A stretch of DNA of 56,342 nucleotides, filler included, from Bradymonadales bacterium (GTDB lineage: Bacteria; Bdellovibrionota; UBA2394), in NCBI GenBank assembly GCA_007693605.1. It is 4 parts of 4 records of this genome, joined end to end, with 100 filler letters (N's around TTAATTAATTAA, not from the genome) between each part and the next. Parts side by side here need not be neighbours in the genome. Positions count along the whole stretch, not along the records: positions 43,155 to 56,342 come from REDG01000050.1; 3 more parts are not named here. One strand, given 5' to 3'. Position 1 is the first letter of the stretch, and each line of letters opens with the position of its first letter. The notes beneath the pieces were generated by a model. The model ran no database searches and had not been told where the DNA came from. It saw only the letters and a program-made list of their open reading frames with translations. This document shows positions 48,272 to 56,342 of the stretch, in pieces. Both the position numbers and the translations under genes were made by a program.

Positions 48272-50527
48272 TCAGTATTTCGACGCAATTCTGCCCGACT
48301 GCATCTCGGTCCTTAGTGGAACTGGAGCCCGAAACACTTTACCCAAGATTCCCATGGCTCCCCCGCAAGAAACCGCAGCGGTTCTCGCTCCCTCTCCGGC
48401 CCCAGGCTCAAGCATCAAACTTGTCGAGGGGGGATTGTGATCAAATACAATTCCAATCAACTTAATCACGCCACTTCTTATATCTCTTTGCAAAACTGGA
48501 CCTCCCGAGTGACCCCCAAGAATGGGAGCGGTGGTCGAGAAAGTGACTGGGATCCTCTCTACCCATGGCTGGTCTCTCTGAGCCTGAAGCAAGGGCTCGG
48601 GCAAACTCCAATCTGGGTGGGAGCTCAATTCGCCGGGGCCCGACCTAGCCGCCTCTGCGGCTCTAAACAAATCGCCCAGCGTCGTGATCTCAGGGCCTCT
48701 CTGGCTCTCAGGATCAGCGTCTAAAGATCGAACACTGAGCCCTCCAAGGCTAAAGCGAATATCCCGATCAGGACTAGAGTCTCCGACCAAGCCCAACTCG
48801 CTTTGAATCTCATGGATCCTCTCTCTGGCATCCGTCTCTTGAGCCATTTCCGTCTGGTGATAGGCTCTCAAGAAGGTCAGCAGCTCCCCAACTAACTCGT
48901 AGGCCAGTGCCAAAAGAGGCTCGGCATCCGGATCAAAGCCCAGGGGAAGAGCTCCCGCCTTCGCTTGCTCCAGGAAATTCCGCAAAGCGCTAGGATCTGA
49001 AACAAGAGAACCCTCCAACAAAAAGCGGGCCCGCCTCTGAAAATAGGCCTCTGCCTCGGCGTGATCAACTCCCAACTCAGCGTGGCGGCCACCAGTCAAT
49101 TCCTCGCCATAAAGAAGCTCGAGAACTGGCTTCGCTCGTTCGTCGGTCCCCAAGCCAAACTCCTTCCAGATCCAGTAAAGAGATTGAGCCAGCCGCTTCA
49201 CTTCAAACTCAAAATCAAATTGAACAGGAGACATTTCCTGAATCTCGGCAATCCCAGAAGTATCGTGATCTCCTGAGTTTGCGGCTTCTGCCAGCTCGGC
49301 AATGGCTAGAGCCTGGGCAAAGAGTGGCGAGAGATAAAAACTCGGAGCTTCAAAAATTCTATAAAGTTTGGTCAGCTCAAGCAGATCGTCTGACACTTCA
49401 GGATTTAGCAGATTCCCAATGACAGAAAGGGCGTTCCGATAAGCGCGACGGTTTTCTGGAGACAGTTGACGAATAAACTCCTCTTCCTCCTGCTTTCGCG
49501 CTCTCATCCAAGGCCCTGATTCTTTCAATTGTTCCGACATCATCTTAGCCAGCCCAAGAGAGTTTTTTAGACTGCTTCGCTCGACTAAAAGCTCCTCTAG
49601 AGCCTCTTCGCCGAAGCTCTCAATTGCATTCGAAAGGAACTCCAGTCGGCTCTCCATAAAGCGAATATCGAAGGGCAAAATGACTTCTCGCTCAAACTCC
49701 AGCTCAGGAATCGTCTGCCGTTGATCGACAGGCGCAGGATAGCCGACCACCAAATGCTCAGCTTCCGGCGAAAGATCCCATGAGGACTCCATCACAATGT
49801 AATTCTCCGTCTTCAAGGGCTGACCGTTTTCGTCGTAGACTCGCAAAAGAGCAAAATCAAAGGCGAGCCCTGGCGCGCTAAAATTTTGTTCATCTCCCCC
49901 AAACCGGACCAGGCTTTGCTCGGGTAAAAAAACCAAGCGAACATCCTCGAACACTCGGAAAATCTCCAAAACGAATCGATCAGAATAGTCGAGTCTTCGA
50001 ATTCTTGCCACACGGCCAGGCGATTCATTCTCCGCCTCAAGCCGCGCAAGAACAGCCTCAAGATAGAAGGCCCCCAATTCAGCTTCTGCCCTCTCAATAG
50101 CTTGACTCACCTCATTCGAAAAATCGACTTGAGACTCAAGAAACCATACGCTCATCGGGAGCGGAATCTCTTCACTAAGTTCTCCAGCCAGAAAGCCATC
50201 CCGTAAGAGCCTTTGAGCCCTCTGGCTGCCGGCCCTCACGGCCGCCCAATCTACAGCATGCGCGGCTGTCGCCAAAAGACCGCCATTGGAAACAGTGACC
50301 GCCGTTCCCCCCGACTCTGGAAGGTGTACGACCGCCTTTTGAATCCACTCTCGTTCGCTAGGCCGAAGTCCAAAAATAGGAGTCTCAGCCACTTCCTCTA
50401 AACTCAAAAGACTTGGACGCCTTTGGTCCGAATCCGTCCCGAAAGCCTCGAAGCACGGCCCGAAGATTAAGAGAACAAAACAAGCCACAAAAGACCGCTG
50501 ACGCCTAGAGACCTGAAACACCCCCAA
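48272..50527 (-). CDS. S46 family (DPP7/DAP BII-like) peptidase
   Basis: GGTAVTVS..GLLATAAH, DVRLVFLPE, FGGDEQNF, DFALLRVY, GYP, GGHSGGPV, IGIVFD. Confidence 0.85.
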   Translation of the reverse strand: MGVFQVSRRQRSFVACFVLLIFGPCFEAFGTDSDQRRPSLLSLEEVAETPIFGLRPSEREWIQKAVVHLPESGGTAVTVSNGGLLATAAHAVDWAAVRAGSQRAQRLLRDGFLAGELSEEIPLPMSVWFLESQVDFSNEVSQAIERAEAELGAFYLEAVLARLEAENESPGRVARIRRLDYSDRFVLEIFRVFEDVRLVFLPEQSLVRFGGDEQNFSAPGLAFDFALLRVYDENGQPLKTENYIVMESSWDLSPEAEHLVVGYPAPVDQRQTIPELEFEREVILPFDIRFMESRLEFLSNAIESFGEEALEELLVERSSLKNSLGLAKMMSEQLKESGPWMRARKQEEEEFIRQLSPENRRAYRNALSVIGNLLNPEVSDDLLELTKLYRIFEAPSFYLSPLFAQALAIAELAEAANSGDHDTSGIAEIQEMSPVQFDFEFEVKRLAQSLYWIWKEFGLGTDERAKPVLELLYGEELTGGRHAELGVDHAEAEAYFQRRARFLLEGSLVSDPSALRNFLEQAKAGALPLGFDPDAEPLLALAYELVGELLTFLRAYHQTEMAQETDARERIHEIQSELGLVGDSSPDRDIRFSLGGLSVRSLDADPESQRGPEITTLGDLFRAAEAARSGPGELSSHPDWSLPEPLLQAQRDQPWVERIPVTFSTTAPILGGHSGGPVLQRDIRSGVIKLIGIVFDHNPPSTSLMLEPGAGEGARTAAVSCGGAMGILGKVFRAPVPLRTEMQSGRIASKY

Positions 50528-50661
50528 CCACTAGAGTTTTCTTACGGCCCGAGTCAAGCCCAATCCATCGCCTGCTGCGGCCCCTACAGCTTCAGCGCTT
50601 TGTCCAGTTCCCTTAAGAGCCCTGTACAAAGTCGCTTGACCAGTGAAACGAATTTGCCTAC

Positions 50662-51369
50662 TTGAGCAAGCTTATGTTGAGAATGGTCGGAAAGCTTGGG
50701 GCGCTCCTCTTCATCGCCTTTGTCCTGAACTCGAGCCTCGTGGCAGAAAACACTTCGAGCTGCCCAGAGAACATAGCGATGGCGGGTGAAGGAAGCCTAG
50801 CTCATGGAGTAGAATTCTCGTTTTCTGCCAAAGGCAGTCGAACTAAACTGAGCGAACAGATTAAGACGATAAAAGATGCTGACGGCAATTTTAGCTTTCA
50901 GTTTTCTTCTGAAGGTCCAAGATGTCCAAGATGGAAAGATTTAAGGGCTCTTCTGCAGCTAGGACGCGGCCCGATCACCCCCCTGGAAGAATGGCATGAA
51001 CAAATTGTAAGGACCCTTCAAGATCTTGACGGGGTTCTTGAGTTGTCAGATCTAGCATCCTTTCAATTGGAGACTCTCAAAGCTCATTCTGTGGTTCAAG
51101 AAAGAGTGGCGACGCTTAGGGAACTTCTTGATGACCTGAAGGATCACGGACTCTGTTGGTGGGATGGCGCGGGCCTGATCGAAGCGCATATTCGATTTCA
51201 ACTATCGGAGACGACCATGGCCCGATTCTCAACCAATGCCCGATCTAAGAATCAAGAGGATGAAAGGAGGCAGCTCTCAGCAAGCACCTGGCTGCTTGCC
51301 CTACAAAGTCTACGAGAACAAGAAGCAAAACTTCGAACCAGCCCTCCCAAAACTGCGATATTCAAGTAG
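50662..51369 (+). CDS. Hypothetical secreted protein
   Basis: Signal peptide; 235-aa ORF. Confidence 0.65.
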   Translation: MSKLMLRMVGKLGALLFIAFVLNSSLVAENTSSCPENIAMAGEGSLAHGVEFSFSAKGSRTKLSEQIKTIKDADGNFSFQFSSEGPRCPRWKDLRALLQLGRGPITPLEEWHEQIVRTLQDLDGVLELSDLASFQLETLKAHSVVQERVATLRELLDDLKDHGLCWWDGAGLIEAHIRFQLSETTMARFSTNARSKNQEDERRQLSASTWLLALQSLREQEAKLRTSPPKTAIFK

Positions 51370-51433
51370 CCCCTTCCCAGGCAAATTTGTTGATGCCCTG
51401 ACCACAGGATCGACTCGAAAACTCATTGGACCA

Positions 51434-52525
51434 CTAGTCTTGGCGATCGTAAGATAGCAGATGCTTCCGAATTCTCATCTTCAAGCCGGCAAAGAGCCGT
51501 TCGTCCCTTTCCGAAGCATCAAGATATTCTTGCTCTAGCCCAGTTCGATATTGAACCAATTTCCGATCAGGATGCACAATCAACGGCCCTCCGTTAATCG
51601 GCATCCAACGAGCTATTCCACGCCCGGTACTCTCGTACATGGACCGGCCTTCCTGAAGGAATTCATCCCAAACTTCTTGGGTGAGACTCCAGAAACCCGA
51701 TCTCTCCTCTACAAACGAGTCGACGACAGAGCAGTCTCCTTCGGGCAGTGGATGATGCCAGTTTCGTCCGAGTTCTCTTGCGAGATCAATCCGTTCGCCG
51801 TTCTGCTCTCGCACCTTTACATTCTCTTGGGCATCTAACCAGGAATACGGATAGACCGTGATGCGGTGAGTGCGGTCTAAGCCCTGATAATCTCGGCGAC
51901 CCATATCTCGATACTCCCGACCGGGAATCGGAGAATAGTTCGAACATTCCCACCTAGGAAACTCCTGAGAGTGCTCCCAAGCGCCTGTGCATGAATACCT
52001 GGGGCTGTCATCTAATGCCTTCACTTCTCTCGTCCAACGACCAGCAGTATCTTCCAAATTTTCAACCTCCCAAAGCATTCCGCCCGAGTAAGTATAGGTT
52101 CTGTCGGCCTCGTAACGCCAGCGCTGGCTATGATGCTTCATCACAAAATCAAGCTCGCCCTTCTTATTGGTCAGAAAGATGATATGTTGCAGATGAATGA
52201 CATTCTCTTCGTCTGTTCTGACCCAGATCTTTTCCTTCACATTCAGCTGATAGTTCTCGGGCGTCACCGAGCTATCCAACAGGGGATACATTCTAACAAA
52301 GCGTTGAAAGTCTGAATTGACAGAAGCATGATACTCTCGATGGTCAAGCTGGTAGCCCTCAAGTAGCGCCTCAACCTCGTGGTAGTTGTAATCCACCATA
52401 TAACAGCCAGACATCCCCAAAATCGCCTGACGATCCTTCTCCCTTTGCAAATTTTCGGCCTTTGCCGAACCGAAACTCACAGAAACCAAGAACAAAAACA
52501 AAAATTGAATACGAAATACAGTCAT
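51434..52525 (-). CDS. DUF6607-like secreted protein
   Basis: DRQAILGMSGCY.V, LQHI, KHH.Q.W.YE, DDSPRY, P.PGREY; SD before ATG 52525. Confidence 0.7.
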   Translation of the reverse strand: MTVFRIQFLFLFLVSVSFGSAKAENLQREKDRQAILGMSGCYMVDYNYHEVEALLEGYQLDHREYHASVNSDFQRFVRMYPLLDSSVTPENYQLNVKEKIWVRTDEENVIHLQHIIFLTNKKGELDFVMKHHSQRWRYEADRTYTYSGGMLWEVENLEDTAGRWTREVKALDDSPRYSCTGAWEHSQEFPRWECSNYSPIPGREYRDMGRRDYQGLDRTHRITVYPYSWLDAQENVKVREQNGERIDLARELGRNWHHPLPEGDCSVVDSFVEERSGFWSLTQEVWDEFLQEGRSMYESTGRGIARWMPINGGPLIVHPDRKLVQYRTGLEQEYLDASERDERLFAGLKMRIRKHLLSYDRQD

Positions 52526-52933
52526 GACTCTCCCTTTTCTTTCACAAGCAACTCTACTGATACAGATTATCAATATCAAAACAAGCTCGGGGTCAAACTG
52601 AATCTAAAGGTTTTGATGGGCTCATTCAAAAAAGCTCGAAGACCCGCCTTGGTCGGCCTCGCTCGTTGGTCGCTTCGCCCCGAGCCCCTACAAAGCGCTT
52701 TGTCGAGTAAGCTCTCACAGCGAGCCAGGACTTAAGTAAGTTTCTCTTGCTCTGAAAGAAGCCTATAACCAACTCAAGTAATCGAGAATTTTTCTTCTGA
52801 GACGATAGCGATCTCACCTAGAACACTCCCCTTACTAGTTTACGAGTCTAATAAACCAAAGGTTTGGGCAGCTGACTGCGCACTAAAGCTTCAGCCGCTT
52901 AAATCAGCTCCACGAGCACTCAAAGGAGAACAC

Positions 52934-53194
52934 ATGAACCAACCAGAAACCAACAAAAACCTCAAGACTGGCAACCAAAATGCCGACAACAAAAACCAGT
53001 CGGGCAATCAGAACCAACAAGAGTCTAAAAACCAGTCTGGCAGCCGAGAAGACCTTAAGAACCAATCAGGCAATCAGAACCAACAAGGCTTCAAGAACCA
53101 GTCTGGCAATCAGAATCAACAAGAGTTCAAAAACCAGTCCGGCAATCGAGAAGATTCTAGACATGAAGGAAGAGACAAACCGACTGCTAATTGA
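52934..53194 (+). CDS. Small Q/N-rich repeat protein
   Basis: SD AAGGAG; five KNQSG units with synonymous codon variation. Confidence 0.8.
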   Translation: MNQPETNKNLKTGNQNADNKNQSGNQNQQESKNQSGSREDLKNQSGNQNQQGFKNQSGNQNQQEFKNQSGNREDSRHEGRDKPTAN

Positions 53195-53475
53195 CCGACA
53201 AATCAGCTCAATAAAAAATGAGCACTCCCTCTTCGAGAGGAATTCTACAGAGAAAAGCCTTTCGGAGATAAACTTCAAGATCTGTCGACGAGCTTGAAGG
53301 GCCTGAGTCATTGATCCGTCGAATGAAATCTCTGAGGTGCAAACTCGATTAAATGACCGGGTCTTGCACTTCAGCTTTCAACTTCAACTGAAATGACTCT
53401 CGATAAAAATCGTCACGAAAAGGCATAAAGCTAAATAGGAAAAAACATGAAGCTAAATAGAAAGAATACAAGTTT

Positions 53476-54873
53476 ATGAAATCGACCTCTCAAAGAAAAC
53501 TCATAGAGTTCCTCAGTTTTTGGTCGCTGGCCCTGATTATAAGCGGTTGTGCTAGCTCAAAACAAGAGGCGATGCTTGACACGATCGGGAGCCCTCAAAC
53601 TAGACCAGCGACCTTTAACGCTCTCGAACAAGATTTTCGTGCAGCCGAAAGAGATCGCGTCCACCTCATTTCTCCCGCTAGATATATGGCCGCTCAAAAG
53701 TCTTTTTCAGAAGCTCGAGCGATTCAATCTACAGGAGAACCCGAGAAGAGTTTCTCTGGCAAACTAGAGAACGCCCGATCGGAATTGGATGCGGCGATCA
53801 TTTTCTCTAGGCAAAATCGAGACCGAATGAATCCCCTCATCAATGCGCGCGAGATCGCCCTTGAATTCAGCGATGCCGAGCCTGCCAACCGAGAACTGAG
53901 AAATCTTGAAACCCAGTACTTGAGTCTTGTTAAAGATCTAGACGGCCGAAATTCTAGAAATCGCGCTTTGAACCGCATCCCAGCGCTCACAGAGAGATAC
54001 CAGAACCTGACAATCAAAACCCTTCAAGAAAAGCATCTGGGTGAAGCGACCAACAACCTGCGTATTGCGAAGAACGAAAGAGCAGACAGACTCGTCCCCT
54101 CGACTCTTGCAGAAACGGAACAGACCATTAAAACGGCAAGAGAATTCATTGCTCTGAACGCCAATCTTGAGTCTGAGCGAAGAATCACCCAGATGGGCGA
54201 AGAAGCCTCTACAGCTTCACGCCGGCTTTTGAACTTAACCAGACAGACCGCCTCTTCGAGAGATCTCTCTCCTGAAGACCGAGCCTTAAGAACAGAGGCA
54301 ATGATGCGCACTGCAGGTCAAGACTCTGAGCGGCTTCAAGATGAACTTTCTGGATCTGAAAGAAGATTGTCGGAAGAACAAGCGAGATCATCGGAGTTGA
54401 AAACAAGATCAGAAGACTATGCGAGTCTTGAACGAAGGTTAGAGCAAGGGGATCGAAAGACGCAGCGCTTTCAAAAAGTCCAAGAACTCTTCCAAGAAGA
54501 AGATGCAGAAGTATCTCGACAAGGCGACAACCTGATCATCCGGCTCAAGAAAATGAATTTTGAGGTGAACGAAAGCAATATTCCGAGCCAATCTTTCGCT
54601 CTTCTGAGGAGAGTGCAAACGGCAATTCAGAGCTTCGACGACCCCTCCATCGTGATTGAGGGACATTCTGATTCGACCGGAGATGCGAGCTTGAATATGG
54701 CGCTTTCTGAGAGACGGGCTCAGGCTGTAAAAGAATACTTTCTATCGAGCGAAGCGCTGAGACCGGAAAGAGTCGCCGCGAGGGGATTCGGGTCAGAGAG
54801 ACCCTTGGCCTCCAATCAATCAAGCGCAGGCCGAGCCATTAACCGCCGAATCGACATCGTGATCAAAAACTAA
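53476..54873 (+). CDS. OmpA-family peptidoglycan-binding lipoprotein with coiled-coil N-terminus
   Basis: ISGC lipobox; IEGHSD, LSERRA, GFG, NRRIDI. Confidence 0.9.
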   Translation: MKSTSQRKLIEFLSFWSLALIISGCASSKQEAMLDTIGSPQTRPATFNALEQDFRAAERDRVHLISPARYMAAQKSFSEARAIQSTGEPEKSFSGKLENARSELDAAIIFSRQNRDRMNPLINAREIALEFSDAEPANRELRNLETQYLSLVKDLDGRNSRNRALNRIPALTERYQNLTIKTLQEKHLGEATNNLRIAKNERADRLVPSTLAETEQTIKTAREFIALNANLESERRITQMGEEASTASRRLLNLTRQTASSRDLSPEDRALRTEAMMRTAGQDSERLQDELSGSERRLSEEQARSSELKTRSEDYASLERRLEQGDRKTQRFQKVQELFQEEDAEVSRQGDNLIIRLKKMNFEVNESNIPSQSFALLRRVQTAIQSFDDPSIVIEGHSDSTGDASLNMALSERRAQAVKEYFLSSEALRPERVAARGFGSERPLASNQSSAGRAINRRIDIVIKN

Positions 54874-54892
54874 GAAGGAAAGACTAAAAAAT

Positions 54893-55627
54893 ATGAAAAA
54901 TTTAAACACCACTCGTATGAAACAAAATCCAAATGTCATGGGCCTGCTTGGGCTTGGCATCTTCACTTTTCTCGTGGGCTGCGGAGACGATCAAGCCTCG
55001 CTGAGTCAGAGGGCCGACTCTGCCGCTGATAGCATTGCCAAAACAGCGGGTGATGTGAAGGATGCAATTGTGGGAGAAACCGAAGAGACGCGAGAAGAAG
55101 CCGAGGCAAGATTCGCAAACGAAGAGGCCGATCTAAAGAAGAAGATTGCTGAATTGGAAGCCAAAATAGAGAATGAAACTGTACGCGAAGTGAGAACGGC
55201 AGAAAGAGCTCGCCTCAAAAAGCTCAATGAGTCTCTGGCCAAAGCCGAAAAGGATATTCAGAGCTTCCTTGATTCTGGCTCCGCCCAGTGGAAAGGAAAG
55301 CGAGAGGCGGCCTCTGCTTCTCTAGAAGACGCAAGAGACAGAGCCTCGTCTGAACTAGATCGACTCGAACTCAAGGAAGATATCCGCTCGAAACTCGAAA
55401 GCCTTGAGTCGAAGATCGATAGCATCGAGGAAGAAGCCAAAAAGGCCAGCCCCGCAAGAAAACGAGTTCTCGATAATCGACGAGCAGAACTCGAAAAGGC
55501 CCACAAGGATTTAGAAAAAGAATCGTATCTCTTTCAGATCTCGGTCAAAGAGGAATGGGATGATTTTCAAGACTGGTTCTCTGAATACTTTGAGAGTCTA
55601 TCAGACTCCGTAAAGGAACTGTTCTAA
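54893..55627 (+). CDS. Coiled-coil lipoprotein
   Basis: LVGC lipobox; charged helical repeats. Confidence 0.75.
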   Translation: MKNLNTTRMKQNPNVMGLLGLGIFTFLVGCGDDQASLSQRADSAADSIAKTAGDVKDAIVGETEETREEAEARFANEEADLKKKIAELEAKIENETVREVRTAERARLKKLNESLAKAEKDIQSFLDSGSAQWKGKREAASASLEDARDRASSELDRLELKEDIRSKLESLESKIDSIEEEAKKASPARKRVLDNRRAELEKAHKDLEKESYLFQISVKEEWDDFQDWFSEYFESLSDSVKELF

Positions 55628-55676
55628 AGCCCTCAGGGTAGAGCCATCTGATAAACTTTTTTATCCAAGCATCAGC

Positions 55677-55706
55677 AGGGCAGCGTCGGCAACGGCGCTG
55701 CCTTTT
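55677..55706 (+). terminator. Intrinsic terminator
   Basis: AGGGCAGCGTCG-GCAA-CGGCGCTGCCTTTT. Confidence 0.7.
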
Positions 55707-55773
55707 ATGTTGGTGGGGAGACCCCCCATGAACTTTTCGGCCTTGGGGGCACTGGAGGGGCCAAGAAAGCGAT

Positions 55774-56268
55774 CTAAAGTGACTGAGGCTCAAGTCCCCC
55801 CTCTTCGACAATTCTTACCGAGCCTCTGAGCGCCCTTAGTGTTTTCTCCAACCTCCCCTGAACAGCTGCTTTGCCCATGCCCTTCCCGTCATTCAGTCGA
55901 ATGAGCTCCGGATCTTGGCCAATGCCTTCGAGTGTCATGGGCCCTCTTCCACCCAAGCCAAAATGGGCTTCAACGATAAATCGGTCTGTAGGGCTCAAAA
56001 GACCCAAGATTTCTTGAACCACTACCGACAAGCGATAGTCTCGATGAAGTCGATCGACCCCCCTCAAAAGAACTGGTTCAGGCTCAGGCTCGGGTGCCTG
56101 CGTTCTTGAAAAGTCCCAATCGGATGAAACCTGTCGTCGAGCGTTCCTTCGAAAGCGCTCCAACTCATCGGAGAGATCACGAAGCATACTGAAGACTGCG
56201 AATGTCGAGAACTGAGCCCCATGGTCTGGATGAAAGCGATCAATGGCCTTCAGAAGCGATAGATGCAT
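55774..56268 (-). CDS. Sigma70-like protein fragment (regions 2.2-4), paralogue of 45988-47049; 5' part disrupted or missing
   Basis: LLKAIDRFHPDHGAQFSTFA; LSPTDRFIVEAHFGL..MTLEGIGQ; in-frame stops upstream of 56268. Confidence 0.7.
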   Translation of the reverse strand: MHLSLLKAIDRFHPDHGAQFSTFAVFSMLRDLSDELERFRRNARRQVSSDWDFSRTQAPEPEPEPVLLRGVDRLHRDYRLSVVVQEILGLLSPTDRFIVEAHFGLGGRGPMTLEGIGQDPELIRLNDGKGMGKAAVQGRLEKTLRALRGSVRIVEEGGLEPQSL

Positions 56269-56342
56269 AAGCTGCGGTAGTTAGGGTAAGCGTTGACAAG
56301 ACGCGCTTGGTCAGTGGCGTATTTGTCTACGATTTTTACGCA

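Overview
The window is four scaffold pieces (1-15046, 15147-29176, 29277-43054, 43155-56342) joined by artificial N44-TTAATTAATTAA-N44 linkers, so adjacency across the gaps means nothing. The source is a mid-GC bacterium; a Bdellovibrionota-like predator is inferred from gene content only. Housekeeping content: selO, dnaJ, a pccB-amgK-murU-TPR-proS operon, an M3 peptidase, ribD-ribE-ribBA-ribH, efp, tRNA-Leu(CAG), tRNA-Ala(TGC) and a partial 23S rRNA. Accessory content: two PilW/PilX-like minor-pilin pairs, a type II R-M system, hipBA and many signal-peptide orphan proteins. Most unusual signals: (1) both tRNA genes are preceded by tandem arrays (3x96 bp, 2x132 bp) whose units hold a decoy copy of that tRNA's 5' end plus an antisense copy of its 5' half; (2) an integrase-less hipBA islet bounded by the 5' end of tRNA-Leu; (3) a sigma70-like protein with a Sec-type signal peptide and degenerate promoter-melting residues, plus a paralogue, possibly an exported effector; (4) a 23S gene unlinked from 16S; (5) strong ACGT avoidance alongside a type II R-M system. 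All family calls come from motif recognition by eye; no searches were run.
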